Under the pieces are notes generated by a model. That model had not been told where the DNA came from. It ran no database searches and was given only the letters and a program-made list of their open reading frames with translations. 64,000 nucleotides of DNA. Source: Chiloscyllium plagiosum. Lineage: Eukaryota. How positions within the stretch are numbered: position 1 is the stretch's first letter; every line of letters starts with the position of its first letter. A program made the translations under genes and the position numbers. The stretch covers positions 19,831,269 through 19,895,268 of the forward strand of contig NC_057720.1 in assembly GCF_004010195.1 (NCBI RefSeq), given 5' to 3'. Positions 12,351 through 23,840 of this stretch are shown here, one piece after another.

Positions 12351-13199
12351 AAAATTAAAATTATTGGCATCAACATGTTAAAGATACATTGTGATCCGAG
12401 AATTCCTCTGTATGTGATGAAGGTATCTCAGTTCACTGAGAGTTAAAAATGACCTTCAAGGTGTATGGGCAGAACTCAGATCGTGAGCAATAAGATTATT
12501 GTAGGTGGAATCTTCCACTCTCATTGAAGGATATTTAATTAGCTGTGCTGATGTTGCAATTGAACCCTCGACCTACTTGCTTGAAGGTCTGTGAGGGAAA
12601 TCCCATAGTTGGCCTTTTCATCTCACTGTCAATTGAGTCCCTTCAGTGACCAAATAATGTCCATTCAGGGTCTTAATTCACCTTTGTTGAGGTGAACTCA
12701 GCTGCAGGAGGATCTGTCGCCATGCAGTCAGTTTGTGAGAGAGAACTGATGTCCCTCAGTCAAAAACACTTTGAGTTTTCTGGGCATCAGGATGTGGTAT
12801 CTGCTGAAAGCCATTTCCCTGCCCTTGCTACCAGACTGTCTGTCCATCTCACCACAACTGCAGCCCCCATCACCACATAACCTCTCTGTGGCTTGCGCCA
12901 CTCTGTGATCCTGGTACATAGGTGGTTGTATTTCCTATAGAAACCCTGCTGCTCAGCACAACCACCGTTGGCCAATCAGTGGCCATCAGCTCTCAGACGG
13001 TGTCTAACTTTCATATTACAACACGATAGCTTACAACTGCCTGCAGCACTGTCCATGTATTATTCCTTACCAAAGATGTCTGGGAACATCAGCCTTTGCA
13101 CAGTCTAAAGTAGCTATCTATTCCAATGAACTAGGCATTTTGCTTTATCAAGCTCCAGGCCATCTTAGTAAATCATCCGTATAAGTGCACTAAACAATC

Positions 13200-13281
13200 A
13201 CTCAACACCAGGTTATAGTCCAGATTATAGTGTGATGTTTATCTTTGTACACCCCAGTCCAACACCGGCATCTCCAAATCA
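13200..13281. mobile_element. Internally deleted remnant of the second PLE family
   Basis: caacaccaggttatagtcc...cagtccaacaccggcatctcca matches the ends of 14360-14565. Direct repeat taaacaatc at 13191-13199 and 13282-13290. Confidence 0.55.
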
Positions 13282-13918
13282 TAAACAATCGCTATAACCG
13301 TTCTTATATTAAATAGCTAGCAGCTATCTTCCATGGCATTGGGATATAGTATAAATCTAAATTCCCAAAGCCTAATTATTATGTTAACTTGTTGCAACTA
13401 ACTTACATTCTTATTCAACTTCTATTTAATCTAAAACCTGTTTGTATTTAGTTTGCTTGGTACAGATATTGGCTGTGGTAATGATGACAAACTTGTCAGT
13501 AACTGGTACAGAATAATGTAAGGAGTGAATCTACCTCTGTTAGTTGCACTGAGCAGGCTCCTACAAATTGAAATGTCCGCTACGCACAAACTGAGGGCAA
13601 TACCCACTTCTGTGCTATTAGATTTGCTGTCAAAATCTTCAAACAGTTGCATCTTGTTGGGTGAGGTGTAACTGTATTTTTAACAGTTCACTAACTTCAA
13701 AATTACTACAAAACATCTTCACTGATCCTGATAAACTAATTTTGTAGGTGGAAGATCGAATTTCTCCATAATGTGATAAAGTTAGGATGTTTTAATTTTT
13801 CTGCTTCATTAAAGGCTTGTTTGTTTTTACTTTAGTCTAATCTGAAATCAGTCATAAACATTTATGACATTATCTGAAAATATTGATTATAAATAAAGGA
13901 TAGATCAATACTTTTAAC

Positions 13919-14136
13919 TCAGTGGTGCTGGAAGAGCGCAGCAATTCAGGCAGCATCCGAGGACAGGCAAAATCGACGTTTCGGGCAAAAGCCCTTCATC
14001 AGGAATATTCCTGATGAAGGGCTTTTGCCCGAAACGTCGATTTTGCCTGTCCTCGGATGCTGCCTGAATTGCTGTGCTCTTCCAGCACCACTGATCCAGA
14101 ATCTGGTTTCCAGCATCTGCAGTCATTGTTTTTACC
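13919..14136. mobile_element. PLE pLTR insertion, palindrome with hammerhead cores
   Basis: Same family as 5210. Palindrome centre between 14006 and 14007. 15-bp TSD tcaatacttttaact at 13905-13919 and 14137-14151. Confidence 0.85.
14007..14043 (+). ncRNA. Minimal type I hammerhead ribozyme motif (mirror copy on the minus strand at ~13975-14006)
   Basis: CTGATGA at 14011-14017, stem II GGGC-TTTT-GCCC, GAAA at 14031-14034, then CG-TC with a palindromic minimal stem III as described for PLE hammerheads. Confidence 0.7.
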
Positions 14137-14359
14137 TCAATACTTTTAACTGTCTGTTGGCTGTGTGCGAACCATAGGGATATCATTGGCTTTAATCTGT
14201 TTGCACCCATAACTGCTGTTGCATTTCAAGACATCTCTTGCACTTGAGATCAGATTTAAACAGCAACAGATAAGGGAAAAAATGCCTCTATGATCGCTAC
14301 ATCTTTGTGGGCAATCTTTTTGATGTCCTTTGCTTAATCACTGATTGTAAAATTCAGAC

Positions 14360-14565
14360 AGAAGTCACAAGACACCAAGTTCAACAAATTTACTTGAAAT
14401 CACAAGCTTTCAGAGCACTGCTCCTATGTCAGATAAAGTCTTCACCTGATGAAGAAGCAGTGTTCTGAAAGCTTGTGATTTCAAATAAACCTGTTGGACT
14501 ATAACCTGCTATCATGTGACTTCTAACTTTGTTTATCTCAGTCCAACACCAGCATCTCCACATCA
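14360..14565. mobile_element. Second PLE family pLTR insertion, inverted form, decayed hammerhead
   Basis: tcacCTGATGAagaagcagtgttcTGAAAgcttgtga at 14442-14478, with an inverted partial copy at 14395-14432. TSD tgtaaaat(t/c)cagac at 14346-14359 and 14566-14579. Confidence 0.7.
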
Positions 14566-15481
14566 TGTAAAATCCAGACCATTATTGCACTAAACATTTT
14601 CACTGCATTCACCACAGTAGTTGGATAATGAATTTGGTTTGAGGAATAATTACAATTTCTAAATAGTCCCATTTCTAAATAAAAGGGCATTGTGGAATTC
14701 TCATATTGGTAACTGGTGTTGGCTGCTAAAGGATAGAGTTCGGGCCAAATAGAGGAGAGAACTTCCCTTTGTGTGCAATTTCAGAATTGTATTCAGCTTC
14801 TTACCTGGTAACTGACTGCAAGCCAGATATAAGCAAAATGAAATCTGAATCATCTGATTAAATACAATGTTCCTCTGTCTATATCTCAACTCACAAAAAG
14901 TCACAAAAAGTCCCATTCACCTTTGACGCTGGTGCTCACTGACCCACCTTAGCCCCTGGCTAAGCAACACCTGGATTTTAAAATTCTCATCCCTGTTTTC
15001 AAGTCACAATGTGTGGCCTTGCCCATCCCTATCAACCTTATAGCTCTCTAAGATATCAGTGCTTTTTCAATTCTGGCCACTTCAGTATCTCTAATTTAAA
15101 TCATTCCAGCATTGGCGACTGGGCTGCAACCTCAGAAATCCCCTCCCTAAAACTTTCCGCCTGTCTTATCCCATTTAGGGCTATCCTTAAACCCACCTCT
15201 TTGACAAAGTATTTGGTCATGTGTGTATGTGATTTGACATCAAATTTCATTTGACGATATTCCTGTGCAATGCTTTTGGATGTGTGTTGAGGGTGCTGTA
15301 TGGATACATGTTGCAGTCGATAAAGTAAAAATAGCTAACTGATCTCATTGACAATCTGCTGGTCCAATGTCTGGACTTGTTTACACAACATTTGATCCCT
15401 TATTAATGGTCTCTTTATTCTACTTCCTTTCTCCTGTTAAGTGATGTGGGAATGAATGCAAGCCTTTGTTCAGGCACTGAC

Positions 15482-15547
15482 CTTTTGTCTCTTCCTGAGC
15501 GTCCAGTTCTTCCAAAGCAGCAGAGAGATCTGATTGGAGGAGCTCAT
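15482..15547 (-). CDS. ABCA4: ABCA4 coding exon 1 (MSSSNQISLLLWKNWTLRKRQK)
   Basis: ATG at 15547-15545. 66 bp. Contains the ABCA N-terminal motif LLLWKNWTLRKRQK. Donor AAG|GTCAGT. Confidence 0.96.
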
Positions 15548-15800
15548 TCTCTTGCCTCTCTCCCACTACGGTCATTTAGTGTATGCAATTCTACAAAATA
15601 AACAGCAACCCCTGAAGACATCAGCTTTACAATTGACTGAAACAATTGAATTATTTTTAAAAACAGGAAGGAGGTACAGTTCAGGAGATGCTGGTGCTGG
15701 ATTCAGACATCCTTAAACTTCTGTAAATAGCTGGTTAAACCAGTGATTAGCTAAACTACACAGAGCAGGAGAGTCGCAGAATGTTTGGCAGAGTTAGCCA
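15548..15800 (-). promoter_or_regulatory. Putative ABCA4 5' UTR / proximal promoter with CRX/OTX-type site
   Basis: Unique sequence directly upstream of the ATG. CTAATC (15750-15745) lies ~15-20 bp upstream of TATA-like TATTTA (15729-15724) on the minus strand. TSS not determinable from sequence. Confidence 0.5.
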
Positions 15801-16266
15801 CTGGAACAGCAGAGGTGCTGAAAGCTGAAACAAAACAAATCGGAAATGAAAACACAAATCACAGAAGTGAGTTTGGTAGGAGCACTCATTCCTCTGAGTC
15901 ATAAGATTGTGGATTCTAATCCCACTCTGCAGGTCTTAAGCACAGAAATCAAACCTGATCTTTCAGTGCAGTCCTGAGGGAGTGTTGCATTTTTGTGATC
16001 TGCTTTGGATAACATACAAAACGTTGGCTCTTATTGTCTGTTTGGGTGGCTGTGAAAGATCCCATGGCATTATTTTAAAGCACAGGGTGAGAACCACCTC
16101 TCGTGCCATTGCTGAATCTTCCAAATTCATCAGCAAGAAAGCGGGGTGGTGTCCAATAGTAACATACTCTCACAAACTGAAATGCCCAGCATCAAAGTGT
16201 TAAACACTTGAAAGCAGCTCCCCTGGGCAGGTCTGCTTATTCAAATGCTTGACACAATACTCCTGA

Positions 16267-16352
16267 TTTTGGATTAGTGGTGCTGGAAGAGCACAGCAGT
16301 TCAGGCAGCATCCGAGGAGCAGCAAAATCGACGTTTCGGGCAAAAGCCCTTC
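16267..16352 (-). mobile_element. PLE pLTR fragment (truncated within the hammerhead)
   Basis: Matches the 5210 family. 10-bp direct repeat atactcctga at 16257-16266 and 16353-16362. Confidence 0.75.
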
Positions 16353-16371
16353 ATACTCCTGAAGCAACTGT

Positions 16372-16670
16372 CATGGTGGCACAGTGGTTAGCATTGTTGT
16401 CTCACAGCACCAGATACCCAAGTTCGATTCCACTCTTGGGTGAAGATCTGTGTGAAGTTTGCACATCCGCCCCCTGTCTGTGCAGGTTGCCTCCAGGTGC
16501 TCCTGTTTCCTCCCAGAATGTGCAGGTTAGATGGATTGGCCATGGGAAATGCAGTGTTACAGGGATAAGGTAGTGGGGTAGTTCTGGGTGGAATGCCCTT
16601 CAGAGGGTCAGTGCAGACTTGATGGGCTGAATGACCTGCTTCTGCACAGTAGCAATTCAATGATTCTATG
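16372..16670 (+). mobile_element. HE1-type SINE
   Basis: Same A/B boxes and tail as 3731, more diverged. Confidence 0.8.
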
Positions 16671-16674
16671 AACT

Positions 16675-17030
16675 GCTTTACCCAGAACTCAGGAAACATT
16701 ACCATGATGATGGAGAAGTGCCTTAGGGATGTCCTTTAAGTATCCTTGAAGAAATCGTCAAAACACATGGGACTCCCTGACTTGTTGGCTGACCAAGGGT
16801 TCATTCAGGATAGCACTAGAAATTTCGAAAGACTTCATCCATAACATGTAAGTAGGAAGTGAAGGTGTTGGCGACAGCATTAATCGCAAAACCATTCATC
16901 TACCTGACAATCTGAGCACCATTGACCCCTGACATGGCAGAATGTGCAGATTGATCTTATTGGCCATTTCAAAACCCCTTCAACCAGAATGGAAGCAAAT
17001 TACCCACAATCTCAGAGGGACTGCCTCGAA
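16675..17030 (+). mobile_element. RTE-clade LINE 3' fragment
   Basis: Decayed K...DVL..SLKK-like codons and typical RTE 3' end. Confidence 0.4.
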
Positions 17031-17286
17031 GTAAGGATGTTTGTGAGAGTTTGCTTTGTGCAAATTGGCAGCTCTGTTTGCTGCATTACACCAATGACTG
17101 TCCATTGAAAGTGCTCCATTGGTTGTAACATCCTTTGAGATGCCTTGTGAGAGGCGTTATATAAATATGCCGTTTTAAGGAAATGCATAGCAGGTGAATA
17201 AATAGCAGTATTACATAAAGAGAAATGGCAAGTTAATACTTCAAATATTAATGACTTTTTTTTAGATCGCTTTTAAAAGTAATTTC

Positions 17287-17565
17287 ATAGAACCTCTACA
17301 GTGTGGAAACAAGCCCTTCGGCCCAACAGGCCACACCGAGGAGTATCTCACCCAGACCCATTCCACTCTATAATTTTCCTGACAAACGAACCTAGCCTAC
17401 ACATCCCTGAACACTATGAACAATTGAGCATAACCAACTCACCTCACCTTTAGACTGTGGGAGGAAACCCACACAGGCACAGGGAGAACATGCAAACTCC
17501 ACACAGTCAGTCACCCAAGGCTGGAATTGAGCCCAGGTCCCTGGGGCTGTAAGGTGGCAGTGCTG
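17287..17565 (-). mobile_element. HE1-type SINE
   Basis: Reverse complement of the SINE tail acagtgtggaaaca.gcccttcggcccaac and body. Confidence 0.8.
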
Positions 17566-17879
17566 TCTGTTTCTACGTAACAGTAGCACCAGTAGGAGAG
17601 ATGAAGAACTAGGGCAGACCTGAAAAGAAACCAGAAAACACCAAGGCCTCCATTTTTATTTCAGGAACATATCAAACAACTCTTGACATTTCATTTCAAG
17701 CTAAAACTTATTCCTGGAATACTACTGGCAACATTCTCTCTCAGAGAGTACAGTCCTGGGAGTTTTGTTCTTAGAAATCCCAGTGCAGAAAGAAGCCATT
17801 GTGTCAGTATTGGTACAGGATTATTTTGGAGCTTTACAACTTTTCTGCTTTAAGCCTTTTTCATAGATTCATTGAATAA

Positions 17880-18550
17880 TACAGCACAGGAGGAGTCCAT
17901 TCAGCCCACTGTGTCTGTGCCAGCTCTTTGGTGCTGGTATCCGATTAATCCTACCCACTGAGCCTTCAGAATAGCCCTGTAACCCTATTTTGTTCTTTCA
18001 AGTATTTATCTAATTCTCTTTTGAATGCAACTATTGAATTTGCTTCCACCTTCCTTTCAGGCAGGACATTCCTGATCACAGCAATATAAAGAAAACTCTG
18101 TTTTTTGCCAGTCATTTTAAATCTGCATCCTTTGCTACCCTGACTATTTTGGACTGAAAGCAGTCTCTTCTTATTTATTTCATCAAAACATTGAATGACT
18201 TTGAACACTTCAAACAAATCTCCTCTTAACTTTTCCCATTCTAAGAAGAATAACTCTGACTTCTCAAGGGTCTCCACATAACTAAAGGCCTCATCTGTCT
18301 CAGCATTTTAATAAAATTCTTCTGCACTTTCTCTAAGGCATTGACATTTTTCATAATATTGGAATTGGACATGCTGCTGCAGCTGAGGTCTAACCAGTGT
18401 TTATAAAGCCTTAGCAAAACATCCTGTTCTCTATGCCTCTATTTATAAAGCCAAAGATCCCAAATGCCTTTTAACAGACTTCTCAACTTATCCTGCTACC
18501 ATCCAAAACTAGTACCCTAGGTCTCGGTTCCCGTGCCTTCTTTAAAATTT
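17880..18550 (-). mobile_element. CR1 LINE 3' fragment, old
   Basis: ORF 17966-18277 LRGDLFEVFKVI...FKRELDKYL. Confidence 0.8.
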
Positions 18551-21154
18551 ATGTTACATTCCTTTGCCTCATTCTTCCCACAAAAATGGATCGCTTCAGG
18601 GATATGTGAAGGGGAACAGAGTGGTGAAGCCAAATGTAGGTCCCTTGCAGTTAGAATCAGGTGAATTCATAATGGACAACAAAGAGATGGCAGACCAATT
18701 GAACAAATACTGTGGATCTGCCTTCACTAAGAAGGACACAAGTAACCTTTAGGAAATGCTGGTGGACAGAGGGTCGAGCATGAAGGAGGAACTGAAGGAA
18801 ATTCTTATTAGTCAGGAAATGTTATTGGGGAAATTAATGGGATTCGAACCTGGTAAGTCCCCAGGGTCTGATGCTCTGCAACCCTTAAGGAAGTGGCCCG
18901 AGAAAGAGCAGATAAATTGGTGATCATTTTCCAGCATTCTATATGTTCTGGAAGAGTTCCAATGGACTGGAGGGTAGCTAATGTAACCCCACACTTTAAA
19001 AAAGGAGGGAGAGAGAGAATAGACAATAGTAAGCACATTAGCCTGAGACTGTCTGTGGGGCAAATGCTGGAAATTGAAGTTTAGCATCGATAAGTGTGAA
19101 GTTATCCATTTCGGTCAGATGAATAAAAAGGCATCTTATTATCTAACTGGAGAGAAATTTCAGTGCTTCAGTGCAGAGGGATCTGGATACCCTCATACAT
19201 TAATTGCATATTCCTCATGTGAGGAACAGGAAGATGGCCAGAGTGAGGGTAGGGCCAATCAGAGGGAGTGGAGGGAATTGGAGTCAGAGGAAGTAGGGAG
19301 GTCCTTAATGAATACTTTTCTTCAGTATTCACTACTGAGAGGGACCTTGATGTTTCTGAGGACAGCATGAAATAGACTGATACGCTCGAACAGGTTGATG
19401 TTAAAAAGGAGGATGTGCTGAAAATTTTAAAAAACATCGAAGGATAGAGAAATCTCCTGGGCCAGATGGGATACACCTTAGGTACTGCAGGAAGTGAGGG
19501 AAGAGATTGCTGTGCATTTAGTGATGGTCTTTATGTCCTCACCATCCACTGGAGTAGTGCCAGATGATTGGAGGGCAGCAAATGTTATTCCCTTACTCAA
19601 GAAGGGGAATAGGGATAATCCTGAGAATTATGGACCAGTCAGTCTTATGTCTATGGTGGGCAAAGTATTGGAAAGGATTCTGAGAGAAGGATTTATGATT
19701 ACTTGAAAAACCAAAGTTTGATTAGAAGTAGTCAGCATGGCTTTGTGAGGGGCAGATCATGCCATACAAACCTTATTGAGTTATATGAGGATGTGACAAA
19801 ACACATTGCTGAAGATAGAACAGTGGATGAGGTGTATGTGGGTTTTAGCAAGGCATTTCATAAGGTTGCCCATGTAAGGAGTGATAGGATACAGGAAAAC
19901 CTGTCTGTCTGGATACAGAATTAGCTGGCTCATAGAAGACAGAGGGTGGTGGTAGATGGAAAGTATTCAGCCTGGAGCTTGGTGACCAGTGGTGTTCTGC
20001 AGGGATCTGTTCTGAGACCTCTGCTCTTTGTGATTTTTATAAATGACTTGGATGAGGAAGTGGAAGGGTGGTTAGTAAGTTTACCGATGACACGAAGGTT
20101 GGTGAAGTGGTGGATAGTGTGGAGGGCTATTGTAGGTTGCAACAGGACTTTGACAGAATGCAGAACTGGGCTGAGAAGTGGCAGATGGAGTTCAACTGTA
20201 AAAGTGTGAAGTCATTCACTTTCAAAGGTTGAATATGAATACAGAATACAGGGTTAAAGGCAGGATTCTTGGGGAGTGTAGAGGAACAGAGCAATCGTGG
20301 GGTTTAGGTTCATTGATCCCTCAAAGTTGTCACCCAAGTCAATAGGGTTGTTAAGAAGGGCTTTCATTAACAGGGGGATTGAGTTTAAGAGCTGCAAGGT
20401 TATGCTGCAGCTCCATAGAGACATGGTTAGACCACACTTGGAATATTGCGTTCGGTTCTGGTTGCCTCATTATAGGAAGAATGTGGAAGCTTCAGAGAGG
20501 GGTAAGAGGAGATTTACCAGGAAGTTGCCTGGACTTGAGGGCATGTCTTATGACGAAAAGTTGAGGGAGCTAGTGCTTTTCTCATTGGAGTGAAGAAGGG
20601 TGAGAGGTGACTTGATAGAGATGTACAAGATGATGAGGCATAGATAAAGTGAATAGCTAGAGACTTTTTCCCATGGCAGAAATGTCTGTCACAAGGGAGC
20701 ATAATTTTAAGGTGATTAGAGGAATGTTTAGGGGAGATGAAAGAGATAGGTTCTTTACACAAAGAAGGGTGGGTACTTGGAATGTACTGCCAACAGTGGT
20801 AGTAGAATCAGGTACATTAGGGACATTTAAGCGATTCTTGGATAGGCACATTGAAGATAGCACAATAAAGGATATGAAGGTTATTCTGATCTTAGAGTAG
20901 GATAAAAAGTCGACACAACATTGAGGGTCGAAGGGCCTGTACTATACTGTTCTACGTTCTATGTAAAACTAGTATGCAGGTACAGCAGGTAATATGGAAG
21001 GCAAATGGAGTTTTGGCATATATTGCGAAAGGACTAAAGTATGTATGGAGGAAAATGTTGCTGCAACTGTACAAGGCATTAATGAGACCGTAGTTGGAGT
21101 ATTCCAGACAATTTTGGTTCTCTTATTTGAGGAGGGATGTAATTGTATTGGGAT

Positions 21155-21362
21155 CGAAAAATGTGGTGCTGGAAAAGCACAGCATCTCCAGGAGAATCTG
21201 AGGAGCAGGAACAGCAACATTTCAGGCATAAGTCCTTCATCAGAAAGGACTTATGCCTGAAACATCAATTCTTCTGCTCCTCAGATGCTGCCTGACTTGC
21301 TGTGCTTTTCCAGTGCCATGCTTTTTCACTCTGACGCTCCAGAATCTACAGTCTACTTTCTC
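21155..21362. mobile_element. Older inverted PLE pLTR pair inserted in CR1
   Basis: tttcaggcataagtccttc...aaggacttatgcctgaaa inverted about ~21242. Confidence 0.7.
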
Positions 21363-21452
21363 AGAGAAAGCTCACTAGATTGATTTGAGTCTTATGAAGA
21401 GGGACAGAACAGTTTAGGCCTGTACTCTCTGGAGTTTAGAAAAATGAGCTCA

Positions 21453-21534
21453 GTAGTCGTGGCTGAGTGGTTAAGGCGATGGACTTGAACTCCATGTGGG
21501 TTTCCCATTGCAGGTTTGAATCCTACTGACTACG
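21453..21534 (+). pseudogene. tRNA-Ser(TGA) pseudogene / retrocopy
   Basis: GTAGTCGTGGCTGAGTGGTTAAGGCGATGGACTTGAACTCCAT...CAGGTTTGAATCCTACTGACTACG, 82 bp, matches vertebrate tRNA-Ser. Anticodon TGA at 21486-21488. CpG decay in the B box (TTCGA>TTTGA) and stems. Confidence 0.88.
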
Positions 21535-21583
21535 TTTGAGAACTGAGGGCAAGTAGGTGACGGGGTTTACTTCTCGTCTTCTT

Positions 21584-22053
21584 GGGTGGCACGGTGGCTC
21601 AGTGGTTAGCACTGCTGCCTAACAGCGCCAGGGATCTGGGTTCGATTCCTGCCTTGGGCAACTGTCTGTGTGGAATTTGCACATTTTGTGTGGGTTTTCT
21701 CCAGGTGCTCTGGTTTCCCTCCAGAGCACAATCCAAAGAGATGTACAATTTAGCATGGCCAATCCAAGAGAATTGGCCATGCTAAATTGTCCATAGTGTT
21801 CAGGGATATGTAGGTGCATTAGTCAGGGGAAATATAGATTATTAGATTACATTACAGTGTGGAAACAGGCCCTTCGGCCCAGAGGCGGGAATTGAACCCG
21901 GGTCTCAGGCACTGTGAGGCAGCAGTGCTAACCACTGTGCCACCGTGCCACCCATAGGGTAGGGGGATGGGTCTGAGTGAGTTACTCTTTGGAGGGTTGG
22001 TGTGGAGTTGTTGGGCCAAATGGCCTGTTTCCTCACTTTAGAGATTCTATGAT
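21584..22053 (+). mobile_element. HE1-type SINE with nested, internally deleted reverse SINE (~21836-21953)
   Basis: Outer SINE interrupted at ~21835 and resumed at ~21954. Confidence 0.8.
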
Positions 22054-23714
22054 AAATGAGAGGAGATCTAATTGAGGAAGATAAGATGCTACACTGAATT
22101 GACAAAGTGGACATAGAAGGATGATTCTTCATATGGGGCAGTCTAGAATGAGGGGGTCACAGATTTAAGATAAGTGGTAGCAGATTTAAAACAGGAATGA
22201 GGAGAAATTTCTTCTCTCAAAGGGTCATGAATCTGTGTCACTCACTACCTCCACAGTGCAATGGATGCTGGGACATTGAATTAATTTAAGGAGGAGATAG
22301 ATAGATTTTTAATTAGTAACAGATTGAAGGGTTTTGGAGAGCAGGCAAGGAAGTGGAGTTAAGGCTGAGATGTCATCAACCATGATCATATTGAATGGTG
22401 GAGCAGGCTCAAGGGGCTGAATTGCCTAGTCCTGCTCCTAGTTCTTGTAATCCTTTGTTCTAACCTTTGCTCACAACAGAAGACAAAGTCCAAATGAACT
22501 GAGTGACTATTCTACTTTGAGGACTGTAAAACTTTAACATACATCCCCTCCATTTATTTTCATCCTATCCAATGATGTCACTTTCAACTCATTTATTGAT
22601 TCATTGATAGTATCCTCTTCTGTAGTGAATTTAGATGTAGATTGTGCTCAGTCATGACCTTGCCTCCATAAAAAAAATTGCCTTTTCTGTCCTTAAATAA
22701 ACCTCAGCTTTCCCTTTAGTATTTATTAGCCAACCTTTTAATACTCATCTTTCATAATTGGCTTTTGAGTTCTCTTTTCTGGTAGCCACTAATGCACTTG
22801 TGTAATTTCTGTTTGTCCATCTAATTCTCTTTTATTTAGATCGCCACTTTAGATGTCAGGTCATGTTGACAGAATTGTTAATAAAACATGTGATATCCTG
22901 GGACCTATGAACAAGGGCATAGAATAGAAGTGCAAAGAAGTTATGTTAAACCTGTCCAAGATGTCACCATAGTCCCAGACAGTCTCTCTCTCATTAGAGA
23001 TAGATGATTAATGCTGAGTTTAACCAGAGTGTCACTACAACTCAGGTGAGGGGTACAGTTGAGAAGGCAGGAACTTCATGGTGACCATAGCTCATGCATG
23101 AATTGAACCTGTGCCGTTAGCATCAGTCTGCTTTGCAAACCGGTTTCCCAAGCAACTGATCTAATTGATCCCATAATAGGCTAACGAAACAACAGCAACA
23201 GCTTTTTCAGGCAGTGACTGTTTAGGATCTAGAAAGCACAGCATGAGCGTATAGTGGAGGCAGATTCAATTGAGGTATTCAATCGGAATTGGATTATTAT
23301 CTGAAAAGGAAGTATGTGTGGAGCTCCCGGAAGAAACAAGGGAGAGACTCAAAGAGAATTATTCTTTCGAACAGCCAGAATAGATGCAGTGGACTAATTG
23401 GTTCCAGCAAAGAGGGAGACCATTCTATGATTCCGAGATTGATTCCTCTACGCCTCTATATTCAGTTTGCTTCACTAATTTTTTTTTAATTCACTCACGG
23501 GATGTGTTTGTCGCTGGCTGGCCAGCATTTATTTAGTCCCTAGTTGCCCAAAAGAAGGTGATGGTGAACTGCTGCACTCTGTGCATTGTACGTTGACCCA
23601 CAATATCCTTAGGGAGGGAATTACGGATCTTAAATTTGTCTTAAGCTTTCTTTTTAGCCAAGTGAACAAGTATGTTACAAAGCAAAAACAAATAACCAGA
23701 TATTTAAAAACTTG

Positions 23715-23840
23715 AAGAACTGTGGATGTTGGAAATTAGAAACAAAAACAGAAATTGCTGGAAAAGCTCAGCAGGTCTGGAAGCATCAGTGGAGAGAAAT
23801 CAGAGTTAACGTTTCGGGTCCAGTGACCCTTCCTTAAAAC
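23715..23840 (-). mobile_element. PLE-type pLTR fragment
   Basis: gttaacgtttcgggtccagtgacccttc is the reverse complement of a hammerhead stem II/GAAAC region. Confidence 0.6.

Larger units (their letters stand above)
15860..17180 (+). mobile_element. DeuSINE (SacSINE1/AmnSINE1-like) split by younger insertions: 15860-16140 and 17035-17180
   Basis: gtgcagtcctgagggagtgttgca...aaagatcccatggcattatttt resembles the Deu domain. Tail gtgcaaattggcagc...cattggttgtaa...ggcgttatataaat. Confidence 0.55.
18600..22450 (+). mobile_element. Nested CR1 ORF2 fragments (younger copy ~19215-20965 inside an older one)
   Basis: [45 protein letters not shown] motifs with frameshifts. Confidence 0.88.

Noticed and set aside
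3383..15547. Assignment as ABCA1 or ABCA7 rather than ABCA4
   Set aside because: Exon 4 and 5 peptides (LARVY..., [11 protein letters not shown]...VRPEQ) and exon lengths match ABCA4 as I recall it. A reciprocal BLAST would confirm.
21453..21534. Functional tRNA-Ser gene
   Set aside because: B-box C>T change, stem mismatches, no Pol III terminator, and location inside a LINE insertion.
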